From NCBI GenBank assembly GCA_046563655.1, contig CM102290.1, forward strand, positions 9,858,001 through 9,922,000: a DNA stretch of 64,000 nt. Direction: 5' to 3'. The position numbers were made by a program, and so were the translations under genes. Source of the stretch: Yuukianura sp. NJ FZ-2021 (Eukaryota). This document shows positions 1 to 13,371 of this stretch, in pieces. Below the pieces are notes generated by a model that saw only the letters and a list, made by a program, of their open reading frames with translations, searched no databases and had not been told where the DNA came from. Each line of letters starts with the position of its first letter. The stretch's first letter is position 1.

Positions 1-732
1 TCCTACTTCCCTCGGCAGGAAGGGAATTATTCGGAAACCGAATTCCGTTCTAAGTCGTCCATATACGATGAGAACCAGCATCATTAGTGCGAAACCTGCT
101 TTTTCCTTTCTTTTTTTGAAACTGTCTGCAACATCCGTATCCGCAATACGCTGTATGGACTTGCTGTCCAAGCAACTCGCCTCAAGCGGCATCCAATTCA
201 AAAAAATCATACCAGAATTTTTTTTTTTTTGAAAAAAGAAAAAGAAAAAGAAAACAGAAGCTAGAAAAGCTGAAAGCGAAAAGCCTGGTGAAGAGACACA
301 AAACTTGCCTTCTTTCTATAATTTAGTTAAAAAACTTTTTCTCTTTCGGCTTTTACGTTTGTCATTCTCATAACTCCTCAACAACGTCCGCTCCAAAAAC
401 TTCGTTCATTTAGCCTTTCATTTTTTTAAAATGCGAATTTGAAAACAAGGGAAATAAGAAAAAAAAAACCTTTCCCTTCTTAACTTTTTTTTTGAAAATT
501 TCGAAAGCTCAACATGGCACAAAATTGAGAAAGTTTTTTTTTCTTCGACTTGTTATAATATTCAATATTACGAATCCCAGTTCAAATTAGGACATGAAAG
601 GCTCTGGTAAAGTTAGACAGATCCATTGGCGTGGTAACTTTTCAGAGAATCGACACTTCCTTTTGAACCAAAAGGTCAAAGGTCAAGAATTTCAATCGCT
701 AAAGTCAGTAATGTCAGTCCCAGAACCTGAAC

Positions 733-2283
733 CATGCATGCGGAATGGGGTGTATACTGTGTAGAATTCTACACGCTTAAAATTGGGGGGTGTAGACTGT
801 AGATTTTCTACACATACATGTAGAAATTCGGCAGGGGGGTGTAGAATTATTATTTTATTTAAAATTGTTGGCTATTGTCGAGAAAACCGTGAAAACGCGT
901 AGTTATCTGAAACAAAATTTTTTTCAGCCGCTAAAAATGAGCAGGAAAATTTCCCTCACCCGTTTATGTCCTGCTGTTTTTGGACTTGGACCTTCTCATC
1001 GGCATTTTTTCCCCCTCCACTGCTCCGCTAAAATTTTACACATAGACTTTTCTTCGAAGTCGGCGAAAGAACTGAGCAGCAAGTTCAAAAACTGCCGACG
1101 AGAGTAAAATAATGGAAAAGTCTGCGTAAGACAGAATCCAAAGGGAGGTATCATACTTAGAAGTTCCAAGACATGACCGGATGCCCGAATAGTCGAGGTG
1201 TCAGCCCGAGCCCGGTCTGAGGTCGGAGTGGTCGGGAGCAATTTTTGGGTCTAAAAATCCCAAAATTTCTCTGCGCCTAACGGCGCAGTATCGTTTTTAT
1301 TCCGTTTTAGCTTCAATTACCTGGCTCAAAAGCGACTTTCAAATACCGAAATCCAAAATTTCTCTGCGCCTCACGGCGCAGTATCAATTTTATTTCGTTT
1401 TAGCTTCAATTACCGGGGACAGAAGAGACTTTCGAACGTCAAATTCCAAAATTTCTTCGCGCCTAACGGCGCGAATTAATCTGTTTTGATTTTCTTTATT
1501 GGGGTGATGTTCGAAAAAGGATTCAGAATTCAGAATTCGTTATCGAAAACCAAAATCCGCAATAACAGGCTTAATATGCTTATTTCTAGCCGTTTTTGAC
1601 CCGATTTTAGGGGTCAAAAGCGATTCCGGGGTTGCAAATTCAAAAAAGCTTCGCGCCTTGCGGCGCGATTTGCTTCTTTCTAGCAGCTTTCGACCAGAAT
1701 TGCCGTGTGGTGAGGAGTGGTTTTGGGGTTGAAAAATCGTAAAAATTTATGTAAAAATTCTCGACACATATGATTCCTGACCCCCTTACTCCCAGGGTTT
1801 GGGCACCCCGACCTGATTTTCGAAGCATCCGTGCATGTCTAGTTTTGGAACAAAGATTTTTAAAAATTTCGGAGCCTTCGGCACGGATATATTCATTGAG
1901 GTGTTTCCTAAGCGTCTTGCTGTACTCAAATTGACTCTCGTTCCCGAAAATCTCAAAATTTCTTGCGCCTTCGGCGCAACAGTTTGTTTTCAGGGGTCTT
2001 TTGGCTGTCAGACCAGGCTCAAATTGACTTCCGTTGAGTAAATCCTCAAAATTTCTAAAATTAAAGTGTGCCATGTGTGCAGTTGGACGTTATGAATTTA
2101 AAAATCGCTATTTTTGCTAATTCCAATGTAAATTTACAACCGGAACTTGACCTGTGGTGGTTAAAAACAATTAAAAAAAAAGGTTGTAGAAATCTTCAGC
2201 CAGAAATCTAGGGGGTGTAGAATTCTACACCCAACGCGGGAAAAAAAATCTACACCCAAAATCGATTCCATTCCGCATGTCTG
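733..2283. mobile_element. Non-autonomous DNA transposon (hAT-like MITE), ~1.55 kb
   Basis: Left end CATGCATGCGGAATGG (733-748) matches the reverse complement of the right end, CAGACATGCGGAATGG (ending 2283), at 14/16. CA...TG termini are flanked by the direct repeat CTGAAC (727-732, 2284-2289). The subterminal motif TGTAGAATTCTACAC recurs at both ends (~759-845, ~2185-2256). Internal GCGCC-N3-GGCGC hairpins lie at ~1273, 1366, 1460, 1653 and 1965. No transposase ORF. Confidence 0.85.
1256..1475. repeat. ~93-bp tandem repeat (~2.3 copies) inside the MITE
   Basis: The unit CCAAAATTTCTCTGCGCCTAACGGCGCAGTATC...TTTTAGCTTCAATTACC...GACTTTC recurs at ~1260, ~1353 and ~1446. Confidence 0.9.
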
Positions 2284-3299
2284 CTGAACACACGTCTCTC
2301 ACATTGGTTTTGACAACGTCAAAGGGAATTCTATAACCAACAAATCACCGCTGACCTCGTTACGTTCTGCGTAAGTCCGACATTAATTTTTGATCACAGA
2401 GGTAAAATGACACATAAGGACGTCGCAATAATTTCTGTGAATTTTTGAGCTAGGGGTCAAATAGAGAAGTAGAGGTCGTCCATCTTCCCAAATGTTGCCT
2501 AACCTAACTTCCACTCCCGCGAACATTTGAAACATTATGTTTAGGAATGCGACATAAGACGAATTCTGGTTCTGAAGCCGCATGTCATAAAATATTCAAA
2601 GACGAAGAGCCACAGACAGAATCAACTACCACATTAATTTGTATCTCCTCATCTCAAACGACGCAAGACGCCATTCCAACCAACCGTAACACAACGTTCG
2701 ACTCTCATTCTCCACTAAAAATCAACTTCCCGCTTGCTTTTTTGAAATTCTACAGTTCATATAATAGATTACATTTATACAGCCTAATATAATTTATATT
2801 TATCCAACTACCATAGCCTACAACTTTCTTCGCTGGTCAAGAAATTTAATCAAAGATTAATTTTTGACAGAGACGGAGAACCCTACATGAAAAATTAATT
2901 TTAAAGTCTTTTGAATCGTTTTTTTTTTCAAAATCATGCAGCTCATCACTACGGCCTGTTCACGGGTGATTAGTTCGGTCGTTATGCGACTTTATAGTGT
3001 TTAAGTTGGGCGCTACGCTTGACTGTTTTGTGGAGGGTGAAAGTGGTTTCATGGATTTTGAAATTCCCGCCTGACTTAGGCCAAGTGGTGGAGAAGTGAA
3101 AGTCGGCGGTTCCACCGCACTCACTTGCAGGGTTACTTTCTCTAACCCCATCTCTACCTCAAGTGGAACACACTAACCTTCTACATTCCCTCCTAATGCA
3201 TCCACAAATAATACAAAAGTCACACTAACTTTGGATTTACGCTAACACCACATCCACTCCTCTCTAAATCCACTACAAACATTCTAGTCTACTACTTTT

Positions 3300-3755
3300 A
3301 ATCGATTACAATCATAAAACTTTTACAGCAAGCGTTACAGCCACCACTACTAACGCCTAACTGATAGCATTCTCTCAAATCCTCAACGCCTTCATTAAGT
3401 ATCCAAGCTACTTTCAATTCAAAAACGATTACAGTCACCTTTACTAATAGCAAATCGATTACAATCAATCGCGCGTACTAATTTGTAATCGATTCATCTT
3501 TATTTACTCCGAACGGATTACAAACATTCCAATTCCTAATTGATTACAATCATCCATGCGAAGCCGAATACAGTCACATTTGATAATGCGAAATTCATTG
3601 CGAAGACTCTAGTGCCAAACCGATTACATTCACTCCAATTAATAATCGATTAAAATGACTCCTAAGTGCTAACTCCAAACCGATTACAACACCCCCTACT
3701 AATTCCAATTTGTTCTACTTGAAAAATAATCTACTCAAATTGTAATTGATTCACA
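3300..3755. repeat. Degenerate (A)TCGATTACA motif array, probable old MITE remnant
   Basis: About 10 CGATTACA/TGTAATCG variants in 450 bp (e.g. 3303, 3426, 3456, 3484, 3622, 3681). No termini recognisable. Confidence 0.6.
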
Positions 3756-4158
3756 ATAAACTCGAAAAATTCCAAAATCGGAGTGATCTTTTTTCGATTC
3801 AGGACAAACTGGTGGGGCAAATAAAATTAGCCATTGAAAACGGATTTGTTGGATTCAAAAAAAAGTCAAATGGTGGCATAAAATCGATGTTTATGGTGAT
3901 GATAAAAATCGGAGAGGAAGTGAATCGAGTTAAGTCGTTTCCGTAACCATAAGTATGCCGTGGACTGTGAATGGTTTTAGGATTTTGAATTTGGTGGGAG
4001 AAGTGAGAACATGTCTCCGTTCTTGGCTAAAATGGAATCCGGTGGTTGTTGGAAGGATTAGGGCGGATGTGAAAGCGGAGAAAAGCAGAGCCCTTTCCCA
4101 CTCATTGACACTGTTAACTCCCTCCCCACCCACGGATCTAGTTCCAACATGTACTTAC

Positions 4159-4333
4159 CTACACAGACGAGCGAGAGGCGGCTTTCCCCGCCCCCATCCC
4201 CACTGTCATCCCCCTCATCCACCAGGGGGGGCTCAGGTGGAATCGAAGTGGAACTCAGCTCAAAGTCAGACCCACCGCCTGTCCACGACCAGTTCAGAGG
4301 CGTCGTCTCCAGAAACGGCTCTGAAAAACCCAT
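4159..4333 (-). CDS. Candidate first coding exon of an unidentified large-intron gene continuing off the left edge
   Basis: Acceptor TTGTTTCAG|ATG and donor GTAG|GTAAGT. Only the ATG frame is open: MGFSEPFLETTPLNWSWTGGGSDFELSSTSIPPEPPLVDEGDDSGDGGGESRLSLVCV (phase 1). It is a GC-rich island in an AT-rich background. No family recognised. Confidence 0.55.
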
Positions 4334-4380
4334 CTGAAACAAATCAAACACAAATCAACTTTCCGTTCTCCATCATAGTC

Positions 4381-4830
4381 AAGCTCAGACGTAAGTTACG
4401 TCTGAGTTACGTCACGTAACCGTTGTGTAATAGTCACTCCTTTGGTAAACCTTCTACAGAAAAGTACCACTCTAATCTGGTGCGGTTTTTGTAACCTCAG
4501 GTGTAATACAAGTAACCATTTCTTTGTAACCATATTCATTTCGTAACCAAACTTAATTTTAGGTTACAATTTAAGTACAATTTAGTTACAAATTGTCACG
4601 TACAATGAAGTGCACAGAAAAAGTATTACAATGGTTACAATTTGTACCCATTGCAACAGTAATCATTGTAACTACGATGTATCTCGATGTAACTATGTAG
4701 TAGCGCAGCTAAGATGGCGCCAGTTACGGTAACGTCACTTTTAGCGCCATCATTATCTTTTGTAACCCCACAACCGATTTCCAAAAGAACTACTTTAGCC
4801 ATGAGACACTTCTGTAAAAGTTATACTTTT
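4381..4830. repeat. GTAAC/GTTAC-rich fold-back region with perfect short palindromes
   Basis: CTCAGACGTAA-G-TTACGTCTGAG (4384-4406) and GTTACGT-C-ACGTAAC (4406-4420). About 15 GTAAC/GTTAC words, with GTAACC copies (4490-4550) facing GTTACA copies (4560-4640). Confidence 0.6.
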
Positions 4831-7800
4831 TCATAACCCGATGCATCGGTTCCGATACATACAGGCCTATACCTGCTTGCTCTATTTTTAGGAATAGATG
4901 GATCGGCTGAAAAAATTTTTTTGCCCAGTTCAAGTGGGTTATTCTTGCCAAGTCTTTTTTGTATTAAACTTGAAGGAATTCATATTCGATTGATTTTAAT
5001 TGAAACATTCTGCGAATTAATAAATGCTACAACGAAAGTAACCGAAATCAACACAAAATAAAACGAAATTAACGAACTAAAAGGCTGCTTAATCAATTAA
5101 TGTTTCCAATTTGAACAATATTAATGTTCGACGAATTGCATCAATTTTAATTTAACATTAAAAAATCAGCATTACCACGTTTTTCGGAAGGCGATGGCTT
5201 TATGATCTTCATAAACCATTCCTGCCGTGGAAAGCAGGCTTCAGTGCATCTTATTACGAAAGAAACAAATCGGTCGATTTGTGAACCTATGAATAGGTTT
5301 ACCTGTTTTTCAATTTGGAAAAGAATAGGTGGATCGTGTATTGGCAAATTGTTGAATCGGGGCATCCCTACTTTTTCACTTTTGGTTACATAAGGTTACA
5401 CATGCACAACCAACCGTCTGTGACCAAACTAGCCGTTGCATGTAACTATGGTTGAAGATTTTGAGTGCCCCATTACTGTCAATAAGATTATTTATTGTTC
5501 GGATATGGTCAGCTACTAGGATGAAATATGTTCAACTTTCTCTCCCCATCCGCCCCCTTAAACAGCATAAGTGAAGGAGGACCCACGTCTTGGTGGGAAT
5601 TTCACACGTATCATAGTCTGCCTCATTTCCATTTAACAGAGAAAGTTAGGGGCAAAAGCCTTTCCCAGGGGAACGGAACTTTCTTTTGATTCTCACAACC
5701 ACAAATTCCCACAGGTCTCAAATCATCTCAAATTTCAACTACTTTTCCCCTCTGTCGACTACACTATTTTCCTGTAGATAACATTGACTTTTCCACTTTT
5801 GAATTAAAATATCCAGTCCACCATATCGAACTCTGCAGATTTTCAAAATAATAAAAACTCCCGCATTTCTCAAACTTTTCTCAATTTTCCCAACACATTT
5901 TGCCAGCAAAGCTCATACGTTTTCCTATTGATCGACGCAGGCGGCAACGTTTGAATTCCTCGGATGACTGGATGACGAATAATGATTTTGATTCTGCGGA
6001 GAAAGGAAGTCGTGGAGATGATGATGATGGCATTGCAACATGTTTGGGAACTATCAACTTCCCCTTTCACAGTCACTTCCTTCCAAGTCCGCACGTTAGG
6101 GAAAACCTAACTTTCGCCTAAAACACTAACCTTAACCTAACTTTAACCTAACATAACTCCCCGCCCAACAGCACACGAACAGAACTAGGAGTTCTCATAA
6201 TCTTCTTGTTCACATTCCACTTTCTTCTTGACTTCAACAAGTGCCTTTCTCCAACCAACTTTCCCCCTCAAGGGCTCCAAAGAACTCTCATTTGCACTTA
6301 CTTTCTTACCGCCCACCCCTACCCCCCACCCCTTTTGGGGGTTCTATGCCCCTTACTATATATATATGGGAACCAACGTTCATTCCTCATTGATCTCTGC
6401 GTTATCGCCGTTTTCATGAGGTGGGTGGTGGGTGGGGCATGCCTTGACTTTAAAGGCACCCCCACAGCCCCACGCTGGGCTGCATGCCCTACCTGATTAA
6501 GATGGAAAGATTTGTTAGGAACTCTTTGGCTCCTCTTCCCTCCAGAATTCAAATTGAAGATTCCCGCCGTGGATCCTTTGAGACCTCAAACGAGCAAAGC
6601 CCTTTTCAAACTGCTCATTTATTGGATTGCCTCAAACTTCAGACTCAATAAAAAGCGGGAGAAGAAAATCGGCTCACGAAGTAGCAGGAAAGTCAAATCC
6701 TTCCCGCCAAGAATCTCACATTTTTTCACTTCGCTTTTTTTTTCCAATTTCAACGGCCCTTTTGAATTCCACATTTTTCAAAATTCTTTTCCAAATTAGC
6801 CTTTCTAACAGTGACTTGGTGGACATACGGAAAGAGCGACATTTCAGATACAAATAATTGTGGGAATGTGGCGTAGTAATGGTTGTGATGATGACTGGGG
6901 TTGGAACCAAAGGAAAAACGTTCCCCTGGAGGGGAATCAAAGGATTCACAGAGTCCAAAATCAAATCAGAACACCTTTCCCCACATAATGGCATTTGACC
7001 CACAGTCACCACAAACCCAATTCCAATTGCCCCACGTCAAAATCCTCAAGCGCCAAAATTCAATTTTCTAAATTGAATCATGGAATTCGAGAGTCCACTG
7101 GACACAGTTCCATCCTCAACCTTAACCTAACCAGTAGACTAAAAGAGCTAACATAACGGGAAAGCACAGATCTAAGCCAAAAAAAATTGCACAAAATCCA
7201 ATTCGAGCGGAAACAGGAAACTGGCCCTTTTCCCCAAAATTTAATTTTCTCATTCCAAAGAACTTTTTTCTCCAACTTTTTCTAGGCTTCTCAACACCTT
7301 TGCAAAAGCGAAAAAAAGAGCAATACCAGTTTAAAACTTTTCCCAACTTTCAAAACCTGTTTAGAAAAACATTTTTAGAACAAAGTTTAAAAAAAGTTGA
7401 TGACGTGAGTGGAGCTGCTGGTTTTTCCCTCTTGTCACTCACCGTCTGTCAAAGGAAAAACTTAATTTTGGAGCAGCCTTTTCCTAGGTTATGTTACATA
7501 ACCATCCTCTTTCTGCTATTCGGCTCTCTGCAATGACTCCGTGACCTTGACCATGACCTCCTCCCTCCAACAGTTGGACCAAAACCCAGCTTCTCCGCCT
7601 TACAAAACCAAAATGAAGAAGACAGAACTGCCTGTGCCCGTTTCTTTTTAAAAGTTTTTAATTAAAATGGCTCTTTTTGAAATGAGAGCGCGAAGATGGA
7701 AGGCAAAGTGGCGGGAAAGTTCAAACAGGCCTTTCCATTAGGCCACTCAACATGAACCCACTTACATCCTTCCCAACGCCCGTCCACTTCCCTTCTTTTC

Positions 7801-8425
7801 TCTTTTTTTTTGGATGGACATGGCAGATCTTTCTCGTCAGTTGTTCTGTACTACAATACAGCAACTTCTCCTCCAAAATATACCAACTTTCTCCTAAGGT
7901 TTCACGTTTGCCAATTTTCTCTATTTTTGGTACTTTTCGGTTTTTTTTTTATTTTGGTTTCAAAGATTCAACAAATCCATCCCCCGAATTATTGGGTTCG
8001 GTTTGACAATGGCAGTCATTTCCCATTTGCAGCAGCCGATTCAACAATATTTCCAGATTCCTAAGAAACAACTTTCTCCTCACATCCGTCACACTGGTGC
8101 AACATTTTTTTAAGAAACACGCAAATTTTCAACCCAACTGCTAAAGTATCCCAAATACTAAATTTTTACGAGACAAAATATTCCCATAAAAACTTTCAAA
8201 AAATCGAAACAAATTTTCTTAAGTTAGGATAAAATTGCCAGTGTATATTCAGATTCAGACAAAAAAGAACAAAAATCACTTTTATTAAAGTTTAGTGAAC
8301 TTCTTGGATGAAACAAAATATTGCTCAAAACATTTTCACTGAATTTAGGTACAACTATTTTTTTTAAATAATTTTTTTAAGTCAAAAACCCGTAATCAAC
8401 ACTATTTACCCAATTAATAGCAATT

Positions 8426-8517
8426 AACAGCATTATACCCTAACCGTCTTTAATTGATAGAAACAAACCAAAACAGCATTATACCCTAACCGTCTTCAAT
8501 TGATAGAAACAAACCAA
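8426..8517. repeat. 46-bp tandem duplication
   Basis: AACAGCATTATACCCTAACCGTCTT(T/C)AATTGATAGAAACAAACCAA occurs twice with one mismatch. Confidence 0.95.
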
Positions 8518-11500
8518 ATTTAAACGCTTTAACACAGGATAGTACAAGCGAAGAAAAACGGTAGAAAAAAAACACGCTTTTTTAGTAACTTCATGCCTTG
8601 TAAAACAAATTTTCTTCTTCCCCTGCTTTTTGTACCCGTTTCACCTTCACGCCGAGTAAGGTAAAAGTAAGATTGAACCACGTAACGAGATGTGAAGTTG
8701 TGGGATGGTCTTGATTTGTGAGTTGGTGAAAGGAGTGAAAGTTGCATGCATTTATTCATTGGAGTGAATTCAGCCAAAGTCCATTCCAGCTTCTGACAAA
8801 TTGGTCCCTCTGCTCACCAACCTAACCACCACCAGAAAGTAGTGGCTACGAAGGTGCACTGGAGAAAGTGGCTTTTCCAACTTTCCCTCCACGAAAAGAC
8901 CAACTGAACTACCTTACGCCTAGACTACCATTTTAAATGGAAAAACCAACCTCTCGGGAGCTGTACATACACATTGCCATTCCACACATTTCCATGAACA
9001 CAAATGAGACTCAATTCCCTCTTTCAACCCAATGCAAATCAAGCGCCAAACTCAATCTCTCCACTTCCATTCCACCAATAAATCAACTGTCTAAAAAAAG
9101 GAAAAAGAGCACCAACTTCCTTTAAAAATTCGACGCACCTAACTTCCTGAAAAGGAAAAACGAAAAGAAGAAAAAAAAATGAAAGACAAGAAAACAACAT
9201 GCACCAACTTTGAAAAAAAGACTCACAAATTCCCAAAAACACAATTCGGCCCAAACAACTTCATACTTAACTCACAAAACTACTCAAAAACTATACTTTT
9301 TAAAATCTAAGCTTAGAATTTATAACCATTTTTTTTCTTGATCTTTCCTCTGCTTCATTTTTAATTCTCATCTATTCTTGAACGGGAGATGGAAGACAGT
9401 AGCAAAATTCGGTTAGCTTCAAAGTAACTCTTTTTTTCATTGCATAGAAAATGCAGGGCTCGCAAGTACACACTTTCAGATTTTCCTTGGAGATTGCAAC
9501 TCTTTTTTCCTTTTTTTTTTTTTCGAAAATTGTAAAATGTAGGGCCACATTTGGACGGAAGAAGGTTTTTAAAATGATTTTTTTCCACTTACGAGAGTAA
9601 ACAAACCATGGAAAGAACATGCCTTTTCTCAATTCCTTTCAAATGCTTTAGTCAACGTAACAAAGCAAGAAAAGGAGCAAAAAGACATTTTGAAGGCTAC
9701 TCGTTCTTTTCCAGATTTACACAAAGTCTAGGGCAACATTTTCACAACATTTACAAAATGCGCTAGCACAATGACATGCACGAGTTCGTCCAAACCCCAC
9801 CTGAATTTCCTTTGAAATTTTGCAGCATTACGCCCAGAATCTAACCTTAAACTAACTATATTAGCCTAACTTAGGTTATGAAGCACTGTGCCTGACACTT
9901 TCCCTCTATTCCTCATCGCTCATGTTTTGATGCAAAATAACTTTGGAATCAAGGGGAGCTTTAGTTGTCTTTTGCACACAAAAGAGAAAGCAGGAGTTTG
10001 TGCAATTGATGAATTTTGGATTTGAATTTGAGATGAACCGCCCACGGAGATCAAAGTGACGAACCTTCTGCGGTCGACTGTCATCCGAACCCAACCCACA
10101 TCTACGATTTCAATTTCCTCAAAGGCTCATTTCTCAATTAACTACAGAATCAGGCAACGCGCAACTCTCAAGTTAAAAAAAAGTTTTTAGATTCTATTTT
10201 GATTTTTTTTCTATTTATGAACAAGGACTTTGGAAAGACTTGTTCGACTGAAAAGATAAACTAGGAGTAATTTGGCATTTTTCAAAGTCGAGCCAACTTT
10301 TGACAAAGATGCATTTAGTATCTTACGGTTTGCGCCAATTTCAAATGATCCCAGCCATCTGGACACACAAACTTTTGTTCGAAATGTTGTTCAAGAAATT
10401 TGAGTGTCTCTCTTTTTGAAAAGTAATTACCCAATCTTCCAAATGATATTTGAAAGGGAATCCCAGTTCTGTCACACTGTGAAGACGCGAAAATCGTCTC
10501 ACAAAATGACAAACTGCAACTGTTGAAAAAGAAAACAATTTCAACGTTTTTGGCAACCCGCCGCCACTTTCATACTCTTTACCGTCTATATCCGGTTTCA
10601 GAAAATATTGTCCTCCGATACACACAAAGATTATTAGAAGAGTCACGTCAAAAGTTAAAAAAAAAATTTTTTTTAAATATTTTTTTCAAGGTAAAACGAG
10701 AATGCTTCACAATCTCCTGACTCCGCCCCAGACGACTTCAATCGTCATATCTTACTTACAACACCGTTTGGCCAATTTTTTTTTCCAAAATTAGGACACT
10801 GATTTGTTTCTATAATCATGGTAACATATATTGTCTTACACACGCACAATCGAGTTCAAACCGTTTTTAGTACTTCTAAAAAGTATAAAAAATCCATACA
10901 CGCATACATTTAAAAAATATTACAGACAGACAAAACACCGGCAGATTTGGTTAGTATTACAATAGATCTGTTTAAATTCTTTAGCATTGGCATTTTTTGG
11001 ACATAGATTTTTATCTCCATGGGCTCTGGACCGGTAGGGAAAGGTAAGGATATAATAAAAAAAAGAATTTAGATTTTTTAGCTTGTTACAGGTTAAACTA
11101 AAAAGAACATTTTAACACGGTCATGCTCAAAAATTAGTAGCAAAATTTTGGGTCATTGCGTATGAAAAGTCAAGGTCACCGTCTCTCTTGACTGGCTTCC
11201 TTGACCTCCCGAGGTCCCACTTCTGGTTTGACGTGAGACGGAAGTTCGGTGGCATGGGGAGCGGAAGTTCTTTGAGCCGCTTCTGATTGGAAGCCAAGGA
11301 AGTGGACATTGTTCCTATGAAGTGGAACCTCACAACAACTTTATGAAAATAAGATTCCGAGGGTTTGAACTTTACTTTGGACAGAATTTAGAACAAGACG
11401 AAAGAGAAAGAATACGCCAGCAGAGTACGGGCTGCTGTCAACCTCAAAGTCAGGTCACCGGGGGGTCAGGCACAAACCTTAGAAGCCAAAAGAGACACAA

Positions 11501-11812
11501 GGACTTGGCCCCACATTCAATATTCTCCCTTTCATCTTTTTCAAATTCTCCCGCCGAACCATACCGATTCCGCTCTGCTGGAGAACTGGCACAAACCTCA
11601 CCCCACCCCTTTGTGACTAACATTACAAAATACGACACACAAACTTTTCTTTTTCAAAATTTTGAAAAATACTCACCCTGCTACCACCGAATTGGTTTCA
11701 AAAGTTCACTTTCACTTTCACGTCAAAGGAAACCACTTTCACCTTTCCATTTCACGCAGAACCTTTGAAGCCACCACGGTTGTCGGTCCTCCACAATTCC
11801 ACAGTTACTTAC

Positions 11813-12200
11813 ACTTAGGCTGTAGCCGGAAGTGAAACAACTTGGAAAAACTTAGCTGTTAAATTCTTTCGTTAATTCCTAACTTTGTTTCACTTTGTAG
11901 ATATGTACTTTGCACTTTGTATTTGTGTCTCTGCCACTCTGGGATTGGAACGAGGAGTGGAGGTGGTACGACGTGGATGAAGTGAGTGGCAGAAGGAGAG
12001 TGGAGGTCACGGAGACGTTTGCCAATTGAACTTCATCTCGTCAACTACTATCTGTAAGGTGCCAATACAGGGATGGCCACACTCTCCCGCTTCCACGCAT
12101 CACGTCTAAACGACTCAACCGCACCGCCAGCCGAATAACCGCAATCTAACACAACCACAAACTTCACAAATCACCAAAAACAGTCTGAACGAGCTCTACT
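11813..12200 (-). other. Possible alternative non-coding first exon of the left-hand minus-strand gene
   Basis: Donor AAGT|GTAAGT at 11812, UTR-like composition, no long ORF. The 5' end is approximate. Confidence 0.3.
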
Positions 12201-13358
12201 TTCACCACTTTCACTACTACCCAAAACCCACATGTGCCGGACATGTTCAACAACATTTCACACCACGCATGGGCATAACTCCTTCTTAAACAATGACAAG
12301 CTCACAGAGTCATCTGCACATACCCTCATCCGAAATATATCTCAACATGAAATATTATATTAATCAATATTATCAATCAACCTATTTGAAAATTCACTTT
12401 AAATGTCTGCGTGTTCCGCGATTCCATTGGTTGTTGTAATAATGGACACCACAACGGTTTTTTTTATTGCGAAATGTACTTTCCCGCCATAGGTGTTCCG
12501 TGGGCATGTTGGGGCGATATGAGACAACCTGTGCTATCTAGGTTAATACGATCGAACGCGTCTGTGGCAAAGCCCGAGAAACCTTTGCACAGCAAAGTTT
12601 GTCCATCTGAAAAAGTAATGAGCTATGGCAAAAAACGAAAATGGAAAGATTTTCAATGTTTTCTTTAGTCTAGAGACAAACCAAACAAGACAGCTTGACA
12701 AACGACAACTGTATGAAAACTTTGCACACCTATCTGGAAAGCGGAATAAAACAGGTATTAATCGACTAAATCCTCTGGATGACTAAAACTCGAAACAAAG
12801 ATTTGGTACATCTCTGGATTTACGAATCTCTGGATTCCCAATCAATTGGTCCATTGATTCCACTCCTATCCAAGTGGAGTAGTCTCCTCTGTCTCTGCCT
12901 GTGCCAGTCAATCTGTCCAGAGCAGAGCAGAAGTGGCTCAAGTGAAGTGGAAAGTGGAGGTCACTGGGCCAAGGTGCACATCAAAGACCACTCAATTCTG
13001 AGACGACCATTTACAACACTTACAAGTCTCCGCAGTGAGTGATTAATCCCACACAAAGAACAAGCCGACGTGACTAGGCAGTCTTAACCAAACGCAAGAA
13101 TCATTTCCTCTGCACACTCCCTTCTTGCCTTCCGACGACAAAACCACACAGTAGGAGTAGACCGATTGAACAAGTGACCACAAAAGACCAGACTTATCTC
13201 CTAACATCACTTGCGAAAGTCATTCACTCTCATTAACTTAATAACCCCAACTTAACTAACTCACAATCACAACCTTACAACTAACTTATTGTATTTCAAG
13301 GCTCCATCTATTAAAATAACCCAGTTTCAAACAAAGCCGCTCTTTCCGCCAAAAGCAA

Positions 13359-13371
13359 AGGTCATTGACCT
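13359..13371. promoter_or_regulatory. Perfect IR-1 nuclear receptor element (EcR/USP consensus EcRE)
   Basis: AGGTCA-T-TGACCT within the 17-bp palindrome AAAGGTCATTGACCTTT (13357-13373). Confidence 0.7.

Noticed and set aside
4159..4333. Assignment of the candidate exon to E74A or another named gene
   Set aside because: Only a vague 'PF..E...W' resemblance, not enough to name it.
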